Positions 51,893-64,000 of a stretch of 64,000 bases of DNA are shown piece by piece. The notes below the pieces were generated by a model. It had not been told where the DNA came from, ran no database searches, and was given only the letters and a program-made list of their open reading frames with translations. Numbering within the stretch: position 1 is the first letter of the stretch; each line of letters opens with the position of its first letter. The position numbers were made by a program, and so were the translations under genes. Origin of the DNA: Phoronis australis (Eukaryota; Animalia; Phoronida); contig NMRA01000536.1 of NCBI GenBank assembly GCA_002633005.1, positions 1 through 64,000 of the forward strand, in the 5' to 3' direction.

Positions 51893-53186
51893 GGAAAGAT
51901 ACAGACGAGATATTACTGGAATTGGTATGTTCAGGCACTGCACAGTACACCATGGCCAGCTGATGATCACTCACGAGGTTTTATCAGTGTGCCTCGTTTT
52001 CGATCAGTATTTAAAGATGGCGCGGGAAGATGGCGCTTTCGTGAAATAGGTGAATAGTGTGCTCCAAACTCAAACCTATGACCTTTAGTAGAAGAAGCGC
52101 ACATTCATACCACTAGCTGGCCACACTGGCTCCTCAACTGGTATACTAACTCAAGGCATTATAGTCTTTTTTTCAAACATTACTCTGCCCCCTTGGTGAA
52201 TAAAACACACGTTCAACTCACTTTCAAATTAGTTTAAACAAATGCGATCAAACTAAAACGCCAAAAATCTGCAGTGGAAATAACAGTGCATCCTGGAAGT
52301 GCACCTTTCCAACTACTTTGGGTCAGGTGTTACTGGCAATTGGATGTCTGAACACTCTGAAAGGGAAGAGAGAGTGCTGGGCCATGAGCTGTGAATGAGA
52401 CAAAAGGGAAGGGTAACAGGGGAATTAGCTATAGCTAATCCCTGGTAGTTGAGCAGGAACATATTGGTAGTTATTTGTTTGTTGACAGCTTACAAGATTG
52501 TTCAGATCATAGTTGCCTGTGGCTATTGTTTGGTTAGATGGTGTTACAAGTGTTCAAGAGACTGTATTGGGGAATCTGATTGGCTAATATATGGGACATA
52601 CTGTTTACAAAGAAAGCCTGGTTATCAAAACTGTTTATCATGAATAATTATGTTTGCAATGACAATGGTGCGACTATAAACAGGAAGTGTGCAATGCCAC
52701 TCATTTTTTTTCTTCAATTCAATCAGGAATAACAGAAAACACATTCAAGAGATTACAATAAAGCAACTTGATTTTGGCACTATTGATTCGCACAGACATA
52801 ACCAATGGGAAGCCTTCATATGACAAGTGGATGCATACTGAAACACACAAGTTAATACCAAGTTTACTGTGGTAAAAGCACACCACAAAATTGTCAAAAA
52901 TGCCTTTTTTGTTTATCGAGGGCTTTTAACATTGTTGCGAATGTCCACAATTTTTCAAAACTGTTTGATGGTACCTGTGCAACATAACTTGAATATGGAA
53001 TGTCATTAAATTTTGTGCAACATGTGTTTCAAGGACAAAATGATGAAATAAAATAAAATCCCACTTGTTCGCCACAGACTTTTGCGTATTCAACGAAGAA
53101 GATACATCAGTTCAAAACTTGGATTTATATAAGTATTTGACTTCTTAATATAGTACCAAGCTCAATACCTGAATTGTAGTGCAATA

Positions 53187-53285
53187 AATCCATACTCGCT
53201 GCTTTGCCAAAAGAGAACCCCCAGGGTGTAAGCAATCCATACTCGCTGCTTTGCCAAAAGAGAACCCCCAGGGAGTGAGCAATCC
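53187..53285. repeat. 47-bp tandem duplication
   Basis: aatccatactcgctgctttgccaaaagagaacccccaggg.gt.agc x2. Confidence 0.93.
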
Positions 53286-54466
53286 TGAACCTTTTAAGGT
53301 GAGAAAGAGCATGACAATTTTATACACCCCAGGCATAACGATTTTATTTTCAACACGCAACCTACGTACGTGTGAACAGACTTCCATCTAACGACCATCT
53401 AAATGGACACCATGACTCACACTTACACACCCTAGCTAGTACGCCCTGTTCAGAATTTGCAAGCCCTCTTCCAATATTCGTGAGGCCAAGAAAAGTAAGC
53501 AAGTATAAGCATTGGTCTCTCGTTTAACGTGCTAAAAGCAGTTCTAAGACTTCATTGGTCTGTCCACATATAATGACAGATATGATGAACCTTATATCAG
53601 ACCCATGTCTCTGCAATATCATACCACACGATGGCACCAACTTGACTTAGGGACAAAAAAGTGCAGTCACGTGTCATTGGTCATGGGTGCCCTGAGAAAT
53701 TAGGATACCCATTTTGGACAGACTCTTTTTGAATTATTGGATGAACCCCAACGAGTGAACTGAATTGAAATTTAGAAATAGGATAACAATGGAAGAGAAT
53801 ACAATGGTAAACCAACAACTATCATCTACAAATTCATAATTTGGTGATACTAAAGGACTCCATTTACCAAAAAATAAGGATGTAGTTGAGTAACCCCGAA
53901 GCCACAGGCCTAACCACAATGCACCTGCCACGAACGGCCTTTTAACACTAAATACCAAAGGACAGAATCGACCGGTAACTTGCCATTAGACAAAATCAAT
54001 ACACTTAACTTCTTAAAACTTTTCTATCTGCATTGAAGAAGCGTAAAACAATGCTCAATAATGTTTAAGTGACAGACAGAAGAGCCACCGCTAAGACGCA
54101 GCAAGAAATGATGACATCCGGCAAGAATGAAAGCCAATTAATAGATCAAAACCAAATGACAATCTTGAGCAAACAGTAAGTAAGGAGATGCAATTTGCAA
54201 GCCTGGTGGTGACTTCATGTACTAAACCTTACAGGATATGATATCTCCCTATCTAACAAACTCCATCAAGGGTGATCCCCTTTGTGTTGGTGTCCTTTTC
54301 TAAATAACACCACTAACACAGCAGTAATTTTTTCAAGCACTACAACTCTTCCACGTGAACACATATAAAAGTTCTTATCTCATAAAACCATAATGTTCCT
54401 TGAGAATTGAGAAATGAAATGAACAAGAGCAAAGGTGATTGGGGTACCTTTGGTGATTTCACTCAT

Positions 54467-55440
54467 ACGAGGGTGCTATATGATCATGTCAAATGGAGAT
54501 CAAAGTTAGTGTCAGCACCCGTGGATGGTAACAACATGGTATCCACTCTATTCTGTTCTGAATTGTTCACAAAATGTTACTCTGGTAGAGCTGAAGATTA
54601 CTGGAGGCAAATAGTTCTCTCGCTGCTTAGCCATCAATTTTTCATTTGTCTGGATGCATGCTACAGGTCGCAGTTTTCTTCCGATTGACATACATCTCGT
54701 AAGAGGCTGAGGCTTACTATTTTTGGACGAAACTGGACTAAAGATGACACTGGGGCAGCTCCAGCTCTGTAATCTTTTGAGTAATTCCTCTGAAAATTGG
54801 TGTGTAGATATTATCTCATCATAGGCTATCTTCAGTATGTCATCTGACTTTCACTACAACATACCGTTGTTGAGTTATTTTAGATTTCCAGTAACTACTT
54901 GTTCATTGATTTCATGTGAGGTATCTCCGGTGTCCCTCGACGGACCATTCTGAAATTTGATTTGTGGATAGAAATCACCAAGTGCTATCTGCTTGACACC
55001 ACCCATTTCTCTCATTGACTGAACCATTCTCACGTTATATGAGATTTACTGATCTGATGACTGTATTTTTATTGACCGATTGCTCGCTGAACTTCTGTTG
55101 GTCTAACATACACATGCTACAGGTAGCATTTTTCATTCCATTAACATAGAATTCACACGCAACATTTATCTTGCGAACAGCTCGAGACCTATTGTTTTAG
55201 GTCAAAATCAAATGCAAGATGGCATGAAGGACATTTTCAAATAATCGTTTGTGAAGCCCTTCATGGAATGTTTTAAATTTAGTATGGGGACAGAAGTCAA
55301 GGCTATCTAGAATTTGAGAATTTGTCATCTGTCAGTGTTTCTTGCTAAGACTTACTGTTCTACAGTTATTTGAGATTTTCCAAAGACTGTTCTTTTATGG
55401 ATTAATTTCTTGTGTCTTATTTCTAGCATCCCTAGAGGCA
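54467..55440. repeat. Old repeat with degenerate internal direct repeats (possibly a non-autonomous Helentron/HINE-type element)
   Basis: catgctacaggt.gca.tttt..ttcc.att.acata recurs at ~54657 and ~55114, and strand composition is reversed (T-rich on +) relative to the flanks. The family call is by resemblance only. Confidence 0.3.
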
Positions 55441-56366
55441 TCTTTATGAAATCATTTGCTTTGGCGGAAGTTTTGTCAGCAACATTGTCAATGTTTGCGG
55501 CTTGTTGAATGTTATGGGAGCAGCAGTATCAGTGTTGGAGACATTGTTATTGTCTTTGTTGATGTTGTTGTCAATGATGTTGGTGGCAGTGTCGGTGTTG
55601 ATGGTGACTGTGCCCAACACCCCCCGGGAGTCAAATTCGTCGTCTGCGTCATCAACGGTGATGTGCACTTTGTGGTCTAAAGGAGTTGTTGCTTTCATCA
55701 TCTTTATCAGATGATTTTGGCTCAAGGTGTCACTCTGTCACAGGGTTTCCTTTAATTATTGTGTAATGAATTTTAGGTTAGGATACCGAGCGTTAAATGC
55801 CACCAGGCAACCACCAACACACAGACTAGCAAATACAATTGCTTTTACATGAATTGTGTGAAAATTCGAGTAACGAACTGGTAGAAGATAATCATGTGCT
55901 CATGAATCCCCCCTCCTATAATTTTGAAGTTAAGTCACCTCCAGGTGTTTTATTCACGTCGTTATTATTTTTGATTTGGTTTTGCACATGATGGTGATTG
56001 ACAGTCCATCTTCACTGAGAAGCTGCATCATGATTCAGAACAATTCCTAGAAAAAGAAATATAGTAACTGACTGAATTCATTACACTGTATTTTGAATTG
56101 ACATGTAATATGATATATTAGATTTTATTATAACACAAATAAAAATTCCACAGAATTATGTTTGTCTAGATGCATTTTGGAGATGTACTAGGCTCACTTT
56201 CTATAGGGACAAATTATTTCGTTGATTAACAAAGACTCTTTATTAGGAATTTATTTTGTAGTACACATACAACATAGGTATGTTGTCATTTTTCTGTTAA
56301 ATTCGAATTTTGTGAAAAAGGAAAAGTCTAGCAGTGCAAAGATGCCCTCAACCTACCCACAGACAA

Positions 56367-57779
56367 ATCCTAGGAGATGTTGTACATGATGTTTTTCAAT
56401 GACTCTGATCCACATCGCCATCGGGTATGATACCTTTATGCTTAATATTTGACATCAGAACATCTCATGCAATTTCTCTTAACCATTTTGATGGCCCAAG
56501 CCTAGTTTGCCAGATGACACTGGATCACTTGCATCCATCGTCACTTTGCTTGCTGTACATTAACGAATAGATTTTGAAATTTGTAGATATTTCCGTCTCT
56601 TGCAATAATTAGGAAGAAATTTTCGGTGTGGTAGAGACAGGTGCCAACTTTTTCTTGGTATCAGATTTTTTCTGAAATTTCCATCTACATGAAAATATTG
56701 AATGACACTGAGACAAGTAGGCTACACTGCTCAATATGCTTGCTTTCTTTCTCTTGGTGTCACTAAAGATTGTTGATTAAAATTCTTTTTTGATTCCTAT
56801 TTCTCGGAGGGGGGGTGGGGGGAAATCTAAGACTTTTCAGGTGGTGTCACTGAGTAAATACGCGTTGTTCTTATTGCAGCATTGTAAAACAAGAATATTA
56901 GACATTCTGTAGGTTTTACAGAGGGAAATTGTTTCTTATAAAAATATGTTAGTGTGTTCTCCAGTGCATATGAGAGGGACACAAATCAAACACAAACTAC
57001 GGTAAACGTATGAAAATGACTTGCTAAAACACAATTCATTTGGCTTAGAGTTTTAGATGTTTGCTGCCCTNATATCCTAAGAGATGTTGTACATGATGTT
57101 TTTCAATGACTCTGCTCCACATCGCCATCGGGTATGATACCTTTATGCTTAATATTTGACATCAGAACATCTCACGCAATTTCTCTTAACCATTTTGATG
57201 GCCCAAGCCTAGTTTGCCAGATGACACTGGATCACTTGCATCCATCGTCACTTTGCTTGCTGTACATTAACAAATAGATTTTGAAATTTGTAGATATTTC
57301 CGTCTCTTGCAATAATTAGGAAGAAATTTTCGGTGTGGTAGAGACAGGTGCCAACTTTTTCTCGGTATCAGATTTTTTCTGAAATTTCCATCTACATGAA
57401 AATATTGAATGACACTGTGAGACAAGTAGGCTACACTGCTCAATGTGCTTGCTTTCTTTCTCTTGGTGTCACTAAAGATTGTTGATTAAAATTCTTTTTT
57501 GATTCCTATTTCTCGGAGGGGGGGGGGGGGGAAATCTAAGACTTTTCAGGTGGTGTCACTGAGTAAATATGCATTGTTCTTATTGCAGCATTGTAAAACA
57601 AGAATATTAGACATTCTGTAGGTTTTACAGAGGGAAATTGTTTCTTATAAAAATATGTTAGTGTGTTCTCTAGTGCATATGAGAGGGACACAAATCAAAC
57701 ACAAACTACGGTAAACGTATGAAAATGACTTGCTAAAACACAATTCATTTGGCTTAGAGTTTTAGATGTTTGCTGCCCT
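56367..57779. other. ~705-bp near-identical duplication across a single-N join (probable assembly artefact)
   Basis: 56367-57070 matches 57074-57779; N at 57071. Confidence 0.85.
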
Positions 57780-60700
57780 ACATTATAATATTCAAGTGTA
57801 AAAGCCATATAAACTGGTCACGTTTATTGGAGTCACGAGATACATGATTCACTAGTGCAGACTAACTTTCAATCAAGAACAACATAATTTGACCCTTTAC
57901 CAGAGTCACCAATTGTCTGAGTGATTTGGGGTCCGTTTCGCCACAACGATAGGCCAACACAGGATGCTGGGGCCCCTGTGTAATCTTCCGCAGAACTTGA
58001 GTGGTTACTATGGTAAAAATTCTCCAGTTTGGGCAGACTCCAAAAGTTGGCACATGGAAGTTCAAGGAGGCATTGTATTTTCGTGACTTTAAGGGGTGTT
58101 ACACGTCGATTTTTGGCTTTCAACAGACTTCTCGAATTTCTGACTCCGCATTTTTGAATCAACAGAGTCTTGGCAGTTCATAAAATCATCAAAATTAGCT
58201 GCCAATGCAACCTTTTCATACATCCTCCTAGTGTGAAACATCGGGGAGAATGATCGTTTGTCAATGATTGTAATTCATGAATTTAGGACAGCCAACACTG
58301 CCCATTTCTAAAATTTTCTACAAGTTCTGATCTTTAGCAAAATAAATAACTTTTTTTCTGTCCCAAACTGAATTTTTACCGTATCCAATTATTACTGAAG
58401 ATGAAACCTCTCATCACTGTATGACACCATCAGGACTCAAACATTCAATTTTGCGTCCCTGTCAGATTTCAGCCATTTTTTTCTTCCAACCCATACATAC
58501 ACCCCGTTACATCTCAGAAGTTGTAACTTTGTTTTTTCTGGCTGTCTAACTGCCTGTGTCTCATGTTCTTCACTGACCAATGTACATTAAAGTTGCTTTT
58601 AGAGTTAGCGTTAAATCCATGAAAAAATGAACTGTTGGTATCATGTTGTCCTTGTGTGAAACATACAGATTGTTTACAAGAACATCCTAGCCTTCGGCGG
58701 GCCAACCTCATTAATAATGGCAAAAGGATTTGGATTTCTTACACAAGTAGCTTCATAATTATCATGTAAAACGATACGATTCATCCAAAATTGAAAGAAA
58801 TGAAGTTAAAATTCGGTGGCAAAGGCTTTCAGTAAATGTTTTACATTAGTTTATCCTTCAGTTGTTACACCAAATATAATTGCCAACAATTCTTTTGTGC
58901 ATTTCCCAAAGACTGATTATTTAAAGAATGGAAAATTATGATATCTACAGAGTACAAATCATGCTTTTGTTTTTGTGGAGAAATGTGACAAAATAGAATA
59001 TCATTTGCCGGACACACTGTTTGCTAAATCGGGGAAAATTACCATCCGATAAACTAGATAATGTATCGTTAGCTTAAAGAGTTTAATAATCAGACGACAC
59101 TCGATGACAAAGATGGAACGGAAAGGGTCCAATTCAACCAAACACAGTACTACAAACACTAGCAGAATGGCATAATGTAATATATCTGAATCCTACAGCA
59201 AAACAAAAGCATTGATTGTCTGAAAGAGCACGAAAACAAAGGGAAATCACTGTCATAACGTCACATGCAGAGAAGATAAGGCTTCAGGGTTCTCTGAGGA
59301 AGAACCAGAGCAAAAACTAATCATTGATAACCTGATGGGTGTCTTATCAATGGAGACCAGAGGTGGCTGTCTGGCACAAACAATGGTACAGTCAGGTATT
59401 GGAGAACTAGATGTTTAAGGGATCGGTTACACAGAGTTCAAGTCTTCAGGGTGGGTTCGACACTGCTGGTTGTTAGATACTTGCGGTGGAATGTCTTGAC
59501 TTAGGGTAATACAAATGGAGAGCACTGTGGTCAGTTACCAATCATTTCCTAGTACAATCTTAGGTATTTGAGAAGCCGACGGAACACATTTGATCGATCG
59601 CCAATTTTAGGAGTAAGAGGTTGAAAACAATTGTAGGAACCAGTGTTCCACCAGCACTGCAGTGACTTCTAGAAAATCCCATCTATTCATGTTGAAGACT
59701 AGTAGTTTCCCACAACTGTCATAACCCCTCATTTCAGCTTTCGTCAGAGACAAATAATTAAAAGTTTTCAATGGCATCCCTACGAGCTAACACAGTGACA
59801 TAAATCACATTAGATACAACTTTACTGGTAAAGTCGGATTATTTCATAATTTAACAACAAACAAAATATTAATCTCAAAAACAAACACTGACATTGTTTG
59901 AAGAAAAGATGACATAAAATTTGTATTCACCTCGATGGCTGCTAACGAAGGAAGCAAGGATTTCATAATTAATCCATTGATCCTTTTACACTTCTAGCCG
60001 AGGTGACGACCATTTTTACAGAAATAGCTCAAAAATGCCAACATCCCATAGGGTAAACCACATTTATTTTACAATGCCTTAGAGACCAACTGCTGACATA
60101 ACCGTAGTGAGCCAAGGTTCGCAAATTGCTCATCTAGGTAAATAAGGTAGAGGGAGAGCCACCTGATCCCCATAAAATATTAGTCAAAACGGAATGCCAT
60201 GCACTAACTGTGTGGCTCCAGTGTACTTTCATTTTTATTACAACCATTTCTAAGCAATTTCCTCCAGTGCCATTAAACCATGAAATCTACAGGTTATGAC
60301 TTCTGAGTAACCTTACAAAAATGATCAAATCTGGCTAACATTGGAACATTATATTTCAGAAATGGAGGACCAACTTGAAATGATACTTCAAGATATTATG
60401 AATTGTGCACCACCCTCCAAAAACAATGAAACGATTTTCTGAAATTTCTATCGTTTTTGCGTCATGTACTGTACAAAAACTGATTTTTTAAAAAAACTCA
60501 AAACAAAAACAAAAAGAAAGTTTCTAAAAAAACATTACACCATTTTTGAGATTCCAACATTTTTCATGTGCCCTTCGCCAAAACATTTATGCTAACCACA
60601 GTTTAGCAAAAGGCTCGATCAGATTGTTTCTAAGTGGACAAGTTTTATCCCGCAACTTACACTGCACCTTACGCTGGCACACAGAGTAAATCAAGCCTGG

Positions 60701-63700
60701 CTAACCTGATTGTAATTAACATTTTCACTGCTTAACAACACTAAACAAGACACTGAGAACATGGAAGATATGGTAATTGGCTGTTCAAAAGCGCCAACCG
60801 CCTGTGTAGTTATAACATGTACAGTATACATGTCAAGTGCACGACTTGTTTCTCATTTTTGCAACAGATGCTATCGAATATGGCTGCTTTTAAGAAAACC
60901 AACTCAAAAGTTGCGTGAAACAAAACCCGAAGATAGTTCATAAAACTGCATTTTTGAGAATTTGTCATTAACAAAATCAAGTTAGTCATGTTCTCAATAC
61001 ATCTGTTTTGCTACCAACGGAAGTGCCTTTCTATTTTGATTTATTGCCATAAAGACATGGTCACCTGACCCACTCCGCTACAGTTGGCAGGGGGTCCAGA
61101 GATTAAATTCTACAAAATTTCTACTTTTCTAAAACGTATACCTTTTTAGGTATTCTGCTAGATGCAGGCTTGCTGATAAGGTCATCCATACATTGAAACG
61201 GGTACAAACTATGGTTCATAATTTTAATGGTTCTTAAACAAAATGTGTTTGTGGACTACTCCTACTTACTCTTAGAAACTGGTCAGCAGAAGTCGCCTCT
61301 AACTCATGAAAGAAAAGTGGACACTGAAAAGTGTGAAATGACTGGCAATTTCTTACATTCAACTGAAGCACAGTTATTAACTGATGTAAAATATCAGTTG
61401 TAGTCGAACAAAACAGAATTGTCTAAATTCGAAATCAAACCTACCATTCCCATCAACAAAAATCATTCGACCTGCAGCTCAATTGCCCAATCCTAATCCA
61501 GAATAATCTTTTGTTGAAAAAAAACACTTTGAAAACCACAGGAGTACAGGTATTTAGAGAACATTGACTTTTTAACTGCCGACTTCAAGTCACTTGAATT
61601 TAATTACTTAGCCTGGTCACTTTCAATTCAAGTACCTATTGTCCTTAATTGCATTATGAAAAAGACAAGCGGATCTCTGGGGATACAGGCTGTACAGGAA
61701 TAGAGAGGATGTAAATGTGAGAGTTTAATTAGACACTGCTTTGTCTTAGCCTCACAGATTATACTACAACCTGTCAGTTTTCACTTTCAGCCATCTCTTA
61801 ATTTGATTCATTTGAAATTAAGACCCTTTCACATCTGACGGTGTTTTCTACTTCCAAGATGAAAGCGTAAGATTATGAAATGGCTTGGACTATTTACAAA
61901 CATGATTCCAGGCAATCTTTATTAGGCGTGTTAAAAGCTGTGCCCAAGAAGGCTCCGTGAGAATGTTTTCTAGTCTAAGAATTAAGGTCAACGAGTCAGG
62001 ACAATGAATTCCAAAAAATATATTAAAATCTAGTATACAAAAGTTCCATGTTTCAAACATCTCATTACAAAGACATTAGAAATGTTAAAAGCTTAACTGC
62101 AAAATTGTAAGGACTTAATTCTCCTATATTATAACTACCTGAACCTAGTGTATATGATATCAACACACAGGCATAGAAGGCAGTTTTGATCACTATCAGT
62201 CATACATCCATACTCCAAACAAATTATCATTTTTTTCTCATAAAATAAAATGACGACACACTCCAGCAATTAATGGCCGTTGTTCGACACTTGCCAGCGA
62301 TTACTATATTCTAATCAAGGGATAATTTTACATCTTCGTAATTACCTTGACACACGAATTAGGAAGAAGCCCATATAAATAACGTAGAAGTACCAAGAGA
62401 AGGTAATTAATGTTAGGATATGTACACACAGCACGCAAGATGATATCAAAGGGTGGAACATCTTTCAGTGGTACCCATTGATTTGACTACTGAGGGAAGC
62501 CCTAGCCGTCAGAAAAAACTGAATGTCTGATGTAAAAAAGCTTTTGTTTGCAGATTGTTGACACTTTCCCACGAATTTAAAATTGCTTAGAAATTTAGAA
62601 TCGAGACTACAAGACCAAAACAAAAACACATGCAAACCAACAAATCACACGACCTAATATTTCGACAATGGCCAAATAAAGTATGCTTAATTAACTAACA
62701 AAACTCCCATGCACGTTGTCTAAATATTAGGAAAAATGATCTTACAGACACATAATGTATGCTTGCTACGCCCACTTTTGATAGTTTTGGCATTTTTCTA
62801 AGCGAGCTCAGTTTACTGCAAGAATTTCCCCTTTGAAGGATCAGGCACTTTTCGCCTCACTTGACGGAGGGCCTGGATAGTCAAAAAGAGGCAGTCACCG
62901 TCAGATAAACATGACTATGACATCATCCAAGATCACTGTAATTTCTTTCATCTCATACCTAAAAACATGGAATTGTACACTAGCCACACTTTCGGTTTTC
63001 ATGGTGTTGACTTACACACTAAGTACATTTCGTTTCAGTTCTTGACTGATATAAATTTGGAATTTCAGCATTCGCTTTAGTACAGACACCGGCAACTGGT
63101 GCGCAACCTTTGACAACTGGCACAGAGATATCTCACTAAAAACGGTAACGACACAACGGCAGTACACATCAGCAAGGCAATCAGACGATAACACAATCAG
63201 AAAGGTTGAGAAATGCAAATTGGATAAATGTTCTCCAGCATCCACGCATCCTTTGTGCAAGCTAACTTAATTATTGGGGACAATTTTGACTAATGAACGC
63301 GGCTAGTTGGAAGGTAGATAATTCAAATTAAATAAGGTTAGGAAGGGAGGAAAGGTAATTGCCTGAAGCAGGATTGACATACAAAAGTGTAGGATAAAAA
63401 AATCACAATTTTCCTGAACATTTACTATTTGTTCAGCTTTTAATGAAGATTTGTCAACGTAATTGTTTCTTCTAAGAACTGATTTTTCGTTTTTTAAACA
63501 ATTCAAATTGCATGATGTAAGAATTCATATTAAAATCATATACTACTCGTCTAATTCTAGGTAATGACTTGCTTATACATTGTGTATGCTTTTATTCAGA
63601 AGAAAAAATCAAATATGACCTGTCATACAGACGTTCAGTGGGATAGTATGTCTGCCAGACACCTCATTCGCAATTCGCCCCATCAGTGTGAACATTCATT

Positions 63701-64000
63701 TCCGTAACTGAACATTTGAAAAACAGTCTCAAAAAGGTAAGAGTTCAATCAACAAATTTCACAAGGGACTTAATTAGCCAAGGTACCATGCCTGTTTAAA
63801 TACTCAGAAGACGCGAGGCCGACAGATGTGTTGATGGTATCACAGCTCCTGAAAGGGAACCAAAGGTAGCCATTACGCCGAACAGATGTTGGTGAATTTG
63901 CTCTACTCATTATCTCTGCTCATTAAACTGAAACAATAGAATCATTCCAGCTCTGATGGAGTATGAGCACTGATGCCTGAAACACTGTGCAAGCTGACAT

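Larger units (their letters stand above)
50712..52053 (-). mobile_element. Second non-autonomous TIR element with a THAP-start remnant and AT flanks
   Basis: TIR TCACCTCTTTCACGAA / TTCGTGAAATAGGTGA, plus subterminal inverted TGATCGAAAACGAGGC / GCCTCGTTTTCGATCA. The minus strand reads MVYCAVPEHTNSSNISSVSF[insert]HTFSKEGKLLR and, after a frameshift, WLRRVK. Confidence 0.65.

Noticed and set aside
55444-55725. T/N/D-rich ORF as a ZEB exon
   Set aside because: Low-complexity gtt/gat triplet sequence beside an old repeat; no convincing splice sites or homology.
56367-57779. 700-bp direct repeats as LTRs or a real tandem duplication
   Set aside because: Adjacent copies separated by one N, with no internal region or PBS.
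59925-59966. Possible first exon MKSLLPSLAAIE|gtgaat
   Set aside because: Weak donor, phase 0 is incompatible with the phase-1 downstream exon, and there is no ZEB similarity.
24000-63600. Numerous 60-130 aa ORFs in the ORF track
   Set aside because: No domains or coding-like composition; consistent with random ORFs in non-coding DNA.

Overview
Eukaryotic, AT-rich window from an invertebrate animal. The gene structure looks protostome/lophotrochozoan, which is an inference. It is a draft assembly with single-N contig joins (3154, 6702, 9138, 10819, 57071) and a 299-N gap (51350-51648). Bases 0.2-12 kb are a nest of decayed transposons: a THAP-bearing TIR mini-element with its THAP domain split by a second insertion; a pseudogenised Gmr1-type Ty3/Gypsy LTR retrotransposon (gag-CCHC-PR-IN-RT-RH, tRNA-Arg PBS) whose downstream LTR carries three perfect heat-shock elements before a TATA box; a hAT transposase relic with an intron; and MITEs. 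The rest is the minus-strand ZEB/zfh1 gene. Six coding exons were reconstructed with consistent splice phases (23194 down to the stop at 16646), encoding nine zinc fingers, a homeodomain and PLDLS. A putative ~4.4 kb 3' UTR is rich in seed matches to ancient bilaterian miRNAs. No first exon was found in the >40 kb upstream of exon 23194; that region holds dense clusters of ZEB-type CACCT(G)/CAGGTA sites, a candidate 45-nt exon and a candidate recursive splice site. No new protein-coding system was found; the most interesting signals are regulatory.
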